Shown here in pieces: positions 27,414-38,147 of a stretch of DNA of 64,000 bases. Position numbers and translations under genes: made by a program. The stretch comes from an uncultured Poribacteria bacterium (lineage in GTDB: Bacteria; Poribacteria; WGA-4E; WGA-3G). The stretch is from contig OX638351.1 in NCBI GenBank assembly GCA_951813565.1, positions 4,928,001 through 4,992,000 of the forward strand, in the 5' to 3' direction. Every line of letters starts with the position of its first letter. Position 1 is the stretch's first letter. The notes below the pieces were generated by a model. The model ran no database searches, was not told the origin of the DNA, and saw only the letters and a program-made list of their open reading frames with translations.

Positions 27414-30400
27414 TCACTTAATCACAGCAATCTTACCAACCTTTTTCTGCGTATCAAATTCAAGGATGTAGATATAGATGCCAGTGGCTATATCACCGAT
27501 GCTGCCATTTGTTAACCACCACTGTTTGCTATTGCCATCGCTTTCGGTGACGTTCAAGTTCTCAAGCAGTTCTCCCTTAGGTGTGAAAAGTTGGATGCGA
27601 GTGCCGATCGGCACTTTATCAAAGGTGACTGCCCCTTTATCTGCTCGGTTCGGATGGACAGGGTTTGGATAGACGCGTAACTGTGTAAAATCTTTCACTT
27701 CTGCTTCAGTAACACTCCGTTGGATTTCAACAAAGTTGGTCGCAGCTCGAATTGGGTTTTCATCAATATCAGTCACATTGGACACGGCAATCTCATACTG
27801 GTTTGTTGAAACAGCGATTAGCGACTGTAGACTTTCCGTATCAAAGGCTAAAAGAGCACGCGTTCCCATTCTGTCACGGATAGCGGACATTGGTCGTAAT
27901 CCCCCCAGCTGTTTTGGTTCACGTAAAAGATACCGGCGTTCATCACTAATGGTTGAGTTCATCCGTCTATCAAAGGCGACAATTACCCAATTGGGAGGTT
28001 GATAGGCAGCACTCAGGATTTTAGGGGCGAGACGCGGCGTTGCGGATACTGCCTCGGTTCGCTCTGTTTCTATACCCGTTTCTCCTTTTGCAGTGATAGC
28101 ATACCAATAGGTTGTATCTGTCTTGACCGTTCTGTCTAAGAACCTTGGAAGGGCAAGATTTTCTGCGATTGTTTCAAATTTGGTGTCGGCGGGCGTCTCA
28201 CCCTTTTCACCGATTGCACGATAGATAGTAAAAACAGTTGGCGTTTTTGTTTTTTCTACCATCTCCCACGTAATCTGAACAACCTTTGCTGTCAAAGGTG
28301 TAGCGTAGACATTCCATGGTGTGAGCGTAGCAACAGACTTACTATTTGTCGCAAAAGCGGATTCAATGAAACTTAGTCCTTCGTCAAGGTTAATGTAAAC
28401 TTCGTGGAACCCATTGTTGTTCAGGTCAGCGGTAAAGAGGTTTGGTGTTTCAGAGACTTTTTGGTGGAATGTTGGTATGAATGTTGTTCCATTCCATTTT
28501 ACGATATATAGATTTGGATGTGTGATGATGACAAGTTCGTTTTGCCTGTCGTCATCAAGTTCTGCTATGGTAAGGCTGTTTCCGTTTAACCGATACGGTG
28601 CTATCGCCTGTTCCCAGAGTGGTACATACTTGCCAGATGTATACGTAAAAACAAGAAACTTCCATATAGGTGAAGCAGAAGGCACATCGGGCTGTGAAAA
28701 GGTGCCGCCAACAACCAATTCCGGCTTTCCATCCCCGGTTAAATCTCCAGAAGTCAGTTGCCTAACATTATCTATATTGAGTTGAGTTTGCCACTGCAGA
28801 CGGAAACTGTCGTTTGCGGTAGCGGAATAAACGAATAATTCACCTTCGCTATCACCAACAATCAAATCAACGTTACCATCTGAATCAAGGTCGTCAATTG
28901 CAAAGTGTCGCGCAAAGATATTTTTCCCTTCCGTTTCATTAACTAACTCAGCGATTCTGTCGTAATGGTTATTGCCCCTGTTTTCAAAGATAAGAATCCG
29001 ATGATTGTTGTTGTCAATTCCAACAATTTCCTTTCTGCCGTCACCATCCAGGTCAGCGATTTTTCCACCTGAAATGAATGGTGTCTCCCAGATAATTTGC
29101 GCAGGGTAACCATTCGGTTTGAGACTCTCTATCAGAAAGGTGCGATCTTTGTCGTTAGCAAGGATTTCCAACAAACCGTCATCATCTGTGTCACCCACTG
29201 TCCACGGCGTGAAAGTTTCTAAATCTATACCTTGACCCGATAGTTCAAGAGATTCAATATCGGAAACGGTATGTGCGATTTGAAATTTACCAGTTGGTGA
29301 TCGTTCATAAATAGCGAGATTATGTAGCGCGGTCAGATCACCTCCAGAGGTGTCAGAAAGTGGGACACCGACGAGTTCAGGTAATCCGTCTTTGTCAAAG
29401 TCGGTGGTAACACCTGCAATGTGGAGTGGGGTGATGCCGAGGTCAGTTTCAACGAATCCGCTCGGTGATATAGAATTGCCGACAATGTCAATAGCATAGT
29501 ACTTTCCATCGTTGTCGGCAACTGTTTTTAAACCGACAGTGTTTTGTGCTGCAATGTAAAACTGGTATTGCCCTGTTTCCAACCCCAGAGAGAATAGATG
29601 TTCTTTTCCAAGTCCTCTTTCCTCAATAGGAGCAAAAGGAGTGATTTGACCACTCCGTCGAAAATAAAAGGTGTCACGAGTAACATCGTCTGTTGCCCAA
29701 GTGAAAATGGTGGTAGAACTGTCTCCGTATAACGTTTCAGTTGCCGTGACAGAGATGATTTTAGGAGGTGTGCGGTCCACTGTTAGCACAACTTGGTCGT
29801 GTGTCTGGCTCCCGTCTCTTCCCGTAACAACAAGGCGAACAGTGTAAACGTCCTCTGGTATATCAGTGGTATCCCATACTGCTAAATGTTCTTCTACTTT
29901 CTGCGTTGATACAGGGTCGGTAAACGGAACATAAGTTGTCGGGACAGATGAACTTCCATAAAATAGCTGCCACGAATTAAACTTATAACCTCCTGCAGTT
30001 CCGATAAATGCAATTGAAGTTGATCCGCCACTATTTGTTTCTGGAAAATGAATTCTCGCTTGTAAGACACCACTTGCTAACAAAGCGCGTTCAGCATTTA
30101 GGGTGCCCGCACCGGCAAGGTTCGGATCAGGTACATCGCTATCCTTTTCTAAAACAACATCAGTAGTGTCGATAAGTATCTGCCGGGCCTCTTCGTGGGT
30201 AAGGGCAGGTCGTTTTGATCGCATCAATGCTGCGACGCCAGCGACATGTGGTGCTGCCATAGAAGTACCGGTAAGAATACGATAGTCGTTGTCGATTTGT
30301 GTGCTGAGAATGGCGTTTCCGGGTGCTCCGATATCAACAGATGCCCCAAAATTCGATTTATAGTAACGCTGTTTATGTTGGGTCGTTGATGCTACAGAGA

Positions 30401-31442
30401 TCACTTTTCGGTATCCGGCAGGAAAAATACTCTCCGCCTCCTGTGAATTGCCAGCTGCACCAATCAATACCGCACCACGGGCATAGGCATAATCAATAGC
30501 ATCTTGAATAACAAAGGAGTGTTGTGAACTTCCCCAACTCATATTGATAATGCTTGCCCCGTTATCTGCGGCGTAGACAATCGCGGCGGCAGAGTCGTCA
30601 TCCTGCATGCGGGAACCACCACCGAGTGAAAGTCCAGCGCGCACCGCCATTAGTCGGCAATTCCACGCTACGCCTGCAATGCCGATACCGTTATTTGGCA
30701 TTGCCCCTGCGATTCCAGCGACATGTGTTCCATGTCCCGATTCATCAATCGGTTCATTATCACCCTCTATAAAATCGCCCTCTGCTTGTAGATTGGGAGC
30801 ATCGGTAAAATCCCATCCATGCATATCATCAATATAACCGTTTCCATCATCGTCTAATCCATTATCAGGGATTTCACCAGGATTCACCCATATTTTTGAA
30901 GCGAGATCATCGTGTCTATAGTCAATACCAGAGTCGATAATGGCGATAACGACTTCACGGTTTCCCTTCTCAATTGCCCACGCTTGTGGCAGATTTATGA
31001 GTGGCAAACTCCACTGTTCTGAATATTTTGGGTCGTTGGGAACAACTTCATCCGCTAATGTTGGTCGAAGATAGTTATACGCTACCGCCTCAATGAGGTT
31101 GCTCTCTTCAAATGATGCTTTAAGTGTAGGCAGGTCTGCGGTGAGTGAAAACCTTAGCAGATAGGTGCGTTGTAGGTTGGTGTTGTGTTGGGGATAACTT
31201 GTTGAAAACGGAAAGATCGGTTTCAAAGATTCCACGTTGTACTTTGCATACAATGCTGCTAACGGTGATTTAGCTTGCAGGCGTTGTAGATCTGCTGACG
31301 CTTCTGGTGTTAGGCGGATTAGTAATTCACCAGGGGTAATTTCAGGCGGAACCGCATTCCCAACAACAGCGCAATTACATAAAATCCCTACAATGAGGAG
31401 GAATAAATGAGGCAGATTTTTTGAAGGTGTCCGCTGATTCAT
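27414..31442 (-). CDS. Secreted S8 serine peptidase with FG-GAP/VCBS repeats, FN3/Ig-like domains and T9SS-like C-terminal domain
   Basis: IIDSG, HGTHVAG, GTSMAAPHV triad motifs; DxDxDG repeats; VYPNP...IATGIYIY..KIAVIK. Confidence 0.92.
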   Translation of the reverse strand: MNQRTPSKNLPHLFLLIVGILCNCAVVGNAVPPEITPGELLIRLTPEASADLQRLQAKSPLAALYAKYNVESLKPIFPFSTSYPQHNTNLQRTYLLRFSLTADLPTLKASFEESNLIEAVAYNYLRPTLADEVVPNDPKYSEQWSLPLINLPQAWAIEKGNREVVIAIIDSGIDYRHDDLASKIWVNPGEIPDNGLDDDGNGYIDDMHGWDFTDAPNLQAEGDFIEGDNEPIDESGHGTHVAGIAGAMPNNGIGIAGVAWNCRLMAVRAGLSLGGGSRMQDDDSAAAIVYAADNGASIINMSWGSSQHSFVIQDAIDYAYARGAVLIGAAGNSQEAESIFPAGYRKVISVASTTQHKQRYYKSNFGASVDIGAPGNAILSTQIDNDYRILTGTSMAAPHVAGVAALMRSKRPALTHEEARQILIDTTDVVLEKDSDVPDPNLAGAGTLNAERALLASGVLQARIHFPETNSGGSTSIAFIGTAGGYKFNSWQLFYGSSSVPTTYVPFTDPVSTQKVEEHLAVWDTTDIPEDVYTVRLVVTGRDGSQTHDQVVLTVDRTPPKIISVTATETLYGDSSTTIFTWATDDVTRDTFYFRRSGQITPFAPIEERGLGKEHLFSLGLETGQYQFYIAAQNTVGLKTVADNDGKYYAIDIVGNSISPSGFVETDLGITPLHIAGVTTDFDKDGLPELVGVPLSDTSGGDLTALHNLAIYERSPTGKFQIAHTVSDIESLELSGQGIDLETFTPWTVGDTDDDGLLEILANDKDRTFLIESLKPNGYPAQIIWETPFISGGKIADLDGDGRKEIVGIDNNNHRILIFENRGNNHYDRIAELVNETEGKNIFARHFAIDDLDSDGNVDLIVGDSEGELFVYSATANDSFRLQWQTQLNIDNVRQLTSGDLTGDGKPELVVGGTFSQPDVPSASPIWKFLVFTYTSGKYVPLWEQAIAPYRLNGNSLTIAELDDDRQNELVIITHPNLYIVKWNGTTFIPTFHQKVSETPNLFTADLNNNGFHEVYINLDEGLSFIESAFATNSKSVATLTPWNVYATPLTAKVVQITWEMVEKTKTPTVFTIYRAIGEKGETPADTKFETIAENLALPRFLDRTVKTDTTYWYAITAKGETGIETERTEAVSATPRLAPKILSAAYQPPNWVIVAFDRRMNSTISDERRYLLREPKQLGGLRPMSAIRDRMGTRALLAFDTESLQSLIAVSTNQYEIAVSNVTDIDENPIRAATNFVEIQRSVTEAEVKDFTQLRVYPNPVHPNRADKGAVTFDKVPIGTRIQLFTPKGELLENLNVTESDGNSKQWWLTNGSIGDIATGIYIYILEFDTQKKVGKIAVIK

Positions 31443-31448
31443 ACGATG

Positions 31449-32408
31449 CTAATCCAGAAGTTCAAGTTTACCTGTTTCGGGTTCGCCTTTCAAAATATCT
31501 AAGACTTTTCCAGTTTTGTCATCAATAATACCGATTACGAGATTACCCCACCCGTGGTTATAGAAACTGACTGTCCAAGCGAATCCTTGAAACCAAGCAT
31601 ATTCACGAATCCCTTTTTGATCCGCCAACGCAGCTTTGATGCGCGAATCAGATTTTGCTATGTGAAGGATTTTATCTACTTTTTTCAATGGTGTTATTTG
31701 CGGTTTCGGTTTCTGAAATTGTATCCGCTTACCAATGTTTACTTCAGGTGGTAATGCCTTTGGAGAGCGCTTAGCAAACGTTCGGAGTAGTGTAGCATGG
31801 CGGAGATATGCGTCTCGAAGTTGTTCATAGTCTTTCAATCCATATTTTATTGGAATCTTCTCATACTGCGCTGCACACATTTCAGCTGCATCTGCCTCAA
31901 GATGGAGGAATCTTGCATAATCTTTTTTCTGTTCGGCGCGTTCCTGTAGTTCTCCAAAAAAAGTAGCGTAGATACCAAAATTGTAAAATCTATCTGGATA
32001 GTGTGGTAACCACGTCTCAATGAACTTGGCAATTTTTTCGCGCTCCGCTTGTAGGACAACTTCTGTAGTTTTCGATTTTTTCCACGCAGCTTTAGCACGT
32101 TTGAGGTGAAATTGGCGTTGTTCCTGAATTTCGAGTGCCTCCTTTTCTGTGCGTGCAGCCCATTTTTCATATCCATTGCGTTTGTAGTAATTGAGGGCAA
32201 TCTCGTTCATCGGTACCGAAATCAGTGTAAGACATTCAGCTGCAGCTCCGTGCCAGAGAGCAAGTCTACCAAAATCGCCGTGCTGTTCGGACATTTTGAT
32301 AAAAATGTTAGCATTTGCAGTGCCTTCAAAGACAGCACTACACGGTTTGGTAAGTATTAGCAAAATGGGAAATAAAAGAAGTGCGGCGTTTTTCATTTTT
32401 TGTACCAT
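31449..32408 (-). CDS. Hypothetical exported protein
   Basis: 319-aa ORF with a signal-like N-terminus, ending just upstream of the S8 gene. Confidence 0.7.
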   Translation of the reverse strand: MVQKMKNAALLLFPILLILTKPCSAVFEGTANANIFIKMSEQHGDFGRLALWHGAAAECLTLISVPMNEIALNYYKRNGYEKWAARTEKEALEIQEQRQFHLKRAKAAWKKSKTTEVVLQAEREKIAKFIETWLPHYPDRFYNFGIYATFFGELQERAEQKKDYARFLHLEADAAEMCAAQYEKIPIKYGLKDYEQLRDAYLRHATLLRTFAKRSPKALPPEVNIGKRIQFQKPKPQITPLKKVDKILHIAKSDSRIKAALADQKGIREYAWFQGFAWTVSFYNHGWGNLVIGIIDDKTGKVLDILKGEPETGKLELLD

Positions 32409-32580
32409 CTTAGTAAATTTGTAGGGACTTATGATTGTCTTGTAATACCACAGGTAGTAACACGCGCCATGTAAATTTCATTTGTAATCACGTCGTTTGT
32501 AGTCGCGCAATTCATTGCACCTCTTTGAGTTTGGTACGGCACGCGGAGCGTGCCTACTACTTTTAAATGCCACTTTTGAT

Positions 32581-33696
32581 TTATTTGGAATTATAAGTCA
32601 GCATTATGCGAACTGTTGCTGAAAATGTCTCTCCTGGAGACAACACAATTACTCCTGCCGGAATACCTTTCGCCTCCAAATTGATTGCATCTGTTGGACA
32701 GGTGTAAGGTTCAAAACAGATTGCATCTCGCCTCGGTGGTGTATAGACAACTAATTCTCTAAATTGGGCATCCGATTCCATCACCATGCCGTGTCCCGTA
32801 TCCCGATTTTCAATGCGACATCGACTTACACCGTCTACCAATTCCACATCTGTGAAAACATGATCAAGTTTCAGTTTTTCAAAGGGTTGTCCATTGCGCA
32901 AATCAAGTGTTCCTGTAACATCCTTCTGTATGCCTGTTGGCACGAGAACATCGTCCAATTCCCAATATTTGTTAACAGGAACGGTAATCACTGCTTTTGA
33001 TGCATCCGCTGTTCCGGTTAGGTTTGTGCTAAAATAGGGGTGAATACCGAATCCCATCGGCATATTTCCATCGCCTGTGTTTGTGATAGCAACCTCCATC
33101 TTCAGCACAGTGTCTTTGAGGGTGTAGATAATCTCAATTTTAAAAGGAAACGGATATTGTCGGCTGACATCCGGAAAATCTTGCGAATTTAGCGAGCATC
33201 TCAATGTTGCACCGGTTTCATTAGCCTCATGTTTGTCAACTTTGTATGGACGGTTCAACAGCAGACCGTGGATAGTGGTTGGGGATTCGGGTTCTTTGTC
33301 AAACTGATAGGTTTTTCCCTCAAACTCCCATTTTCCATTCCGAATGCGGTTTGGGAAAGGAAAAAGAATTGGATTGCCGAAAGCGGTTGGACGTTGTTTC
33401 AACGTTTCCAAATCAGGTGGTTCGTCTATCAAGTTGAGCCAGTTTTTTCCATCGGAGACCCTGAACGCGTAGCAGTTATTTCCGAGTGCTGGTACAATCT
33501 CAGCAATCGCTTTGCCATCTTGTTCTATGGAGTAGACATCAAAACCATGAGAATCCCATGCTTTGCCGACTGAATATGAAGTTTGCGCCATTGTTTTTCC
33601 TTTATCAGTGTTTAGGAGTATCGTTGAAAGTAAGAGAAAAACACAGATTATCCCAATAAAAAGGGCATAAAGAAAAGAGAAAGTGGTATATTTCAT
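32581..33696 (-). CDS. Aldose 1-epimerase family protein
   Basis: PILFPFPNRI, IHG, GIHPYF, ICFEPYT. Confidence 0.9.
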   Translation of the reverse strand: MKYTTFSFLYALFIGIICVFLLLSTILLNTDKGKTMAQTSYSVGKAWDSHGFDVYSIEQDGKAIAEIVPALGNNCYAFRVSDGKNWLNLIDEPPDLETLKQRPTAFGNPILFPFPNRIRNGKWEFEGKTYQFDKEPESPTTIHGLLLNRPYKVDKHEANETGATLRCSLNSQDFPDVSRQYPFPFKIEIIYTLKDTVLKMEVAITNTGDGNMPMGFGIHPYFSTNLTGTADASKAVITVPVNKYWELDDVLVPTGIQKDVTGTLDLRNGQPFEKLKLDHVFTDVELVDGVSRCRIENRDTGHGMVMESDAQFRELVVYTPPRRDAICFEPYTCPTDAINLEAKGIPAGVIVLSPGETFSATVRIMLTYNSK

Positions 33697-33799
33697 TGTT
33701 CTTTCTCTCAACCATTGACATTTTAAAACTTGACGTAATTGAAAACATCATTACTTTACCAATTCCCGACTATATTTGACACCCGAAAATTCGGTAGTT

Positions 33800-35941
33800 T
33801 TAATTAAATATTCTACGAAGGAAGGATACACCCGAATTTCCTCTTTTGTCAACGATCATATATACTCTATTACCAAGTTCATCAATAACATGTATTTTGA
33901 TCAAATTGTCTGCAAATTTCGGATAATCCAATCCAACTGTTGCCTTCTTCTCACCATTCAGTGTCAGGACATCATGCAAAACGTTAAAATTTCCTCTAAA
34001 TTTCTTTTCCCATTCTGTTTTGTTTTCGGTAGGATCTTTTTTCCACAGAAAACTTGGAGGAGGATTTTCGTTGGTTGGTTTAACTAATAACCGAACCTGA
34101 CAAATTCCATCAGCATCCTCAACTATGAATCTTGCTTTTTTTATTGATGGTGAGAGTTTCTCAATTATCGTTTTTTCATCAAAATAGGTCTCTACAGAAT
34201 TAAAAATCCGACACTTATTTAACCATGCTGCACTACTTTTGGACAAATGTTTAGCTTGTTTCTCGTATGACATTAGATAAGATGGACTTCTGTAATCACG
34301 GTTTAAACCAAAGGATTGTGCAAATTTAGAAGTAACGGCATCTGTTGAATATCTGTCGAGGGAGTTATGTAAAATAATCTCACCACCTCGTTGCCTAAAA
34401 ACCATATCTTGTAAATAAATAGAAAGGTGTTTCATTTTAGCAGAAAGATGCTTTATTTCAGCAGAAGTAGGTATATTAGGTTTCTTTTCATTGCTTTTAT
34501 CCACGACGACAAAATAGAATTCGTTGTATGTCTCAAAATGCTGTTTAATTTCTTTCATCACTCTTGTATTAGTATATTCATGATAGTATTCATCCGCTGT
34601 TTTACCTTCAAATAGATATACCTTTGCTGAACCATTACTATTTTTTTCAAACTCGAAAGTCTTCCTTCCATACCCGTGTCGTTCCATTTCATCAGCAAAA
34701 AAAGTTTGAACGTCTCTCAATATCTTATCTATTTTCTCCGGTATATCTGTCTGAGGTAGACGGTTAGTGGGCAAGAAGTAAATCGGCACAACAACATTTG
34801 GGATATTACTTTGTCTTGAAGGCAAAAAGTGTACTATATCCCAAACACGGATGGTCCCATCTTTACCACCACCAGCCACATATTTTGAATCTGTAGAGAC
34901 ATCAACACATTTTACATAATCAGAATATCCTTCTATTGATGTATAACGGTTTCCACTTTCCGCAGACCAGAATTCCAGTTCATTGGTACCGCCACTGATA
35001 ACGGTGCTTCCATCCGATGTAAATACCAGATCATAGACATTTCCAGCAGGAATCACAGTATAGTTTTGCCAATCTGGCGGATGAAATAATTTGATATCTT
35101 CATCATTATCTGCGATTGCAAGTATAGGATTCTGGAGATTGGGTAAGAACTTCATAGCCTCAATCCTTCCAACTTTTTTGTCTATCACATCAATACTTTC
35201 TCGCCTGATGACCTTGTTTCCATCAATCTCCCAGATGTTAACGATATCCTTTCTTGAATCTATCGTTGCAATTAGTTTTCCATCAACAGAAAATGTATGT
35301 TCTTTTTCAATGTTCTTACCTTTCAACTTGATCGCCTCTATAGGCTTTGTTGGATTACTAACATCCCAAAATTCCAAACCGAGAGTCTCAACCGCTAAGT
35401 GTTTTCCATTTGGTGAAAAAGCTGCGTCAAAACCTAGACCGCGGATAGAACTAATAAACTTCCCCGCAGCAATATCCCATAATTTCACGCCATAATCAAT
35501 ATCCCTAAAATCAGAGATAGCAAGTATTTTCCCATCCGGAGAAAACGAAACTGAATATCCACTGAACTCTGCTAATGGAGTCGTAGGATTGTGGATATTC
35601 CACAATTTGATATTTTTCTTATTATCCTGACTATGGGTCATACTTACTACTAAATTGTGGTTGGTAGGTGAAAATTTGACAGACTGCAAGTAACCACCTT
35701 GTACGAATTCTGCAATAAGTGTTGGTTTTTCAGGCACAGTAGCGAATTTCTGTCGAATGTCATCTGGTATCTCCACAGTTCGAGGGATCCGTGGAGGGGG
35801 ATGATCTTCTCTTGACAAATACTTGTCGATCGCTTGCTGTCTGCTGTCAACTTGTTGATTAAAGTATCTAATTAGAAAAATTACACCGAATAGGATCCCA
35901 AATCCAATCAATAATAGTGATAAGAAAACTTTGAATTTCAA
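33800..35941 (-). CDS. Membrane-anchored WD40 protein with a degenerate metallopeptidase-like C-terminal domain
   Basis: WD40 repeats (FSPDGKILA, GGKDGTIRVWD), then PIYFLPTNR..FFADEMERHGYGRKTF. Confidence 0.8.
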   Translation of the reverse strand: MKFKVFLSLLLIGFGILFGVIFLIRYFNQQVDSRQQAIDKYLSREDHPPPRIPRTVEIPDDIRQKFATVPEKPTLIAEFVQGGYLQSVKFSPTNHNLVVSMTHSQDNKKNIKLWNIHNPTTPLAEFSGYSVSFSPDGKILAISDFRDIDYGVKLWDIAAGKFISSIRGLGFDAAFSPNGKHLAVETLGLEFWDVSNPTKPIEAIKLKGKNIEKEHTFSVDGKLIATIDSRKDIVNIWEIDGNKVIRRESIDVIDKKVGRIEAMKFLPNLQNPILAIADNDEDIKLFHPPDWQNYTVIPAGNVYDLVFTSDGSTVISGGTNELEFWSAESGNRYTSIEGYSDYVKCVDVSTDSKYVAGGGKDGTIRVWDIVHFLPSRQSNIPNVVVPIYFLPTNRLPQTDIPEKIDKILRDVQTFFADEMERHGYGRKTFEFEKNSNGSAKVYLFEGKTADEYYHEYTNTRVMKEIKQHFETYNEFYFVVVDKSNEKKPNIPTSAEIKHLSAKMKHLSIYLQDMVFRQRGGEIILHNSLDRYSTDAVTSKFAQSFGLNRDYRSPSYLMSYEKQAKHLSKSSAAWLNKCRIFNSVETYFDEKTIIEKLSPSIKKARFIVEDADGICQVRLLVKPTNENPPPSFLWKKDPTENKTEWEKKFRGNFNVLHDVLTLNGEKKATVGLDYPKFADNLIKIHVIDELGNRVYMIVDKRGNSGVSFLRRIFN

Positions 35942-36008
35942 TTTGTTTTCCTTTGCAATACTGTGCCATATTTGCTTACACTACGAAACCACTCCTACCG
36001 TGACTCTT

Positions 36009-36623
36009 TTATTGTTTAGCACACCACTCAATGCCGCGCCGCAACACCTCACGAAAGTTTGGATTAGAATAGGTAACGTTGTCATGCCCGCTCTGGAGGC
36101 AAAAAACACGGGAATTTCCATATTCACGCGCCCACCCTAACACGTCCATACTATTTGGATGATCAACAGTTAGCAGGATAGTACTATCTTCACCTGCAGA
36201 TTTCATCGTATAGGTTTCGTCTCCCATTTCCCAATCCGTAAGCCCTTCAGTAATCGGATGGGTGGGATCAGCGACTTGCACCTGCAATGTTTGCTTCGGA
36301 AAGTAACCGAAATCAGCACGACTGTTAATCCCGCACATATCAGAAAAGGCATCCCATTCTGGAAATGCAAGGATAGCGTGATGCAGGATGACCAATCCCT
36401 GCCCATGTTCAGTGAGACCCAGAATGGCTTTTGCCTGTGTTTCTGTCGGATACGGACGGTGAAAGTTGTAAAAGACGACGGTTTCGTATGCTTTCTGTTC
36501 TGGGTCGTCAACAAAGACATCAAGGTCTTCCCGAACAAACGCAATGCCTTCCATACTTTGAAAAACTGCGTCAAAATCTTTTTCACGAAATCCATGTTCT
36601 CCAGTTACGACAGCGATTTTCAT
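36009..36623 (-). CDS. ThuA (trehalose utilization)-domain protein
   Basis: GLVILHHA, HPITEGL..DETY, WAREYGNSRVFCLQSGHD. Confidence 0.88.
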   Translation of the reverse strand: MKIAVVTGEHGFREKDFDAVFQSMEGIAFVREDLDVFVDDPEQKAYETVVFYNFHRPYPTETQAKAILGLTEHGQGLVILHHAILAFPEWDAFSDMCGINSRADFGYFPKQTLQVQVADPTHPITEGLTDWEMGDETYTMKSAGEDSTILLTVDHPNSMDVLGWAREYGNSRVFCLQSGHDNVTYSNPNFREVLRRGIEWCAKQ

Positions 36624-36648
36624 GGATGTATTTTTCTCCTATCACATC

Positions 36649-36729
36649 TGTTTACGGCACACGGAGTGTGCCTACTACTATGCAGATTTTGTTTACGGCA
36701 CGCGGAGTGTGCTTACTACTTTGCAGATT
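36649..36729. repeat. Tandem 41-bp REP-containing duplication
   Basis: TGTTTACGGCAC(A/G)CGGAGTGTGC(C/T)TACTAC..GCAGATT twice; same REP class at about 32535-32560. Confidence 0.8.
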
Positions 36730-37900
36730 AATCAATAATAGCCTGATATGTTAGCACTCGGAATTGGGGGTGGAACGGTGCTTCGCCAATTAATTGTGTC
36801 ATCAAGATGCCGATTAATTCTTCAACAGGGTCAATCCAAAATGTAGTGCTTGCAAGACCACCCCAACTGTAAGTGCCTAAAGAACCGAGACTGTGTGTAT
36901 CAGCAACATTAGTAACAACAGCAAATCCTAAACCGAAACCGCTTCCGCTTCTCCACAGCGGTTGCCAATCATCAGGGATATGATTCATTGTGATAAGTTC
37001 AACTGTTTTTCTACCAATTATGTGAACACCGTCTAATTCACCTTCGTTAAGCATCATTTGGCAAAAGCGGAGATAATCTGCAGCGGTTGACTGCAACCCC
37101 GCGCCGCCAGCATGGAAAAAACTAAGCGGTCCACTTGAAACAGGCGCATTCTCTAACACCTGAATACCACCCTCTTCCGTGGGTTCATATAACGTTGCAT
37201 ACCTGTCAGCTTTTTCTTCTGGAACAGAGAAGTCTGTATCTATCATGCCTAAAGGTTCAAAAATACGCTTTTTCAAAAACTCTGCAAATGGTATACCTGA
37301 GACTACTTCCACAAGGTAACCGAGAACATCGGTAGACATGCCGTAATTCCATGCGTCGCCCGGATGATGTAGAAGCGGGATATTACCGAGTTCACTTGCC
37401 ATGTGTGCAAGATCACCACTGAAAAAATCCGCCTCTCTATACCGGTCATTAATCGGGTGCATCCAGTCGCCACCATAGATGAGACCTGCGGTATGCGTGA
37501 GTAAATGCTTTACTGTCATCTCTCGTTCCACGTCAACAATAGCATCGCCATGATTGGCGTAAACCTTCATGTCTTTGAAAGCGGGAATAAATTCGGATAC
37601 GGGTGTATTGAGTTGAAAATTCCCCTCTTCATAGAGCATCATCACAGCAACGCTGGTAATCGGTTTTGTCATTGAGTAGATGCGGAAGATGGTATCAAAT
37701 TCTATCGGTTTGACGGATGCAACATCCTGCATGCCGAATTTTTCAAAATGAACGAGCCTGCCTTCACGCGCAATCATCGTCAAAGCACCAGGGATTTTTC
37801 CGTCGTCTACCCAGCGTTGCATCGCAGGTGCAATCCGTTCTAACCGCGCTGCGGACATGCCGACTTCTTCAGGCACCGCGCGCGGAATTCCATAATCCAT
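36728..37900 (-). CDS. Serine hydrolase, beta-lactamase family
   Basis: IFRIYSMTKP (SxxK), LLTHTAG, WNYG, SWGG. Confidence 0.92.
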   Translation of the reverse strand: MDYGIPRAVPEEVGMSAARLERIAPAMQRWVDDGKIPGALTMIAREGRLVHFEKFGMQDVASVKPIEFDTIFRIYSMTKPITSVAVMMLYEEGNFQLNTPVSEFIPAFKDMKVYANHGDAIVDVEREMTVKHLLTHTAGLIYGGDWMHPINDRYREADFFSGDLAHMASELGNIPLLHHPGDAWNYGMSTDVLGYLVEVVSGIPFAEFLKKRIFEPLGMIDTDFSVPEEKADRYATLYEPTEEGGIQVLENAPVSSGPLSFFHAGGAGLQSTAADYLRFCQMMLNEGELDGVHIIGRKTVELITMNHIPDDWQPLWRSGSGFGLGFAVVTNVADTHSLGSLGTYSWGGLASTTFWIDPVEELIGILMTQLIGEAPFHPQFRVLTYQAIID

Positions 37901-38147
37901 AAGTCTGTTTCTCCTCAGTTAATAACCTAAGTTGTTGGTGTCAGATTAAGTGGCAACATAGATCTGTTGTTGCTGATTACACTATTGCTGTGTCCATTCA
38001 ATTTTATGGTAATGTCGCTATTCGGAGATCGCTCCCGCTGGATGCCATACGCGCATTCAGCGTTGATTCACAGAACAACCCTCTTTGTAGGAGGGAACTC
38101 CGATTCCCGATTACTTTGGAGACTCACAATTTAGAGTGGACATAGCA

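Noticed and set aside
37921..37960. Another IS982-like MITE
   Set aside because: Only a partial ACCTAAGTTG match with a poor partner end and no TSD.
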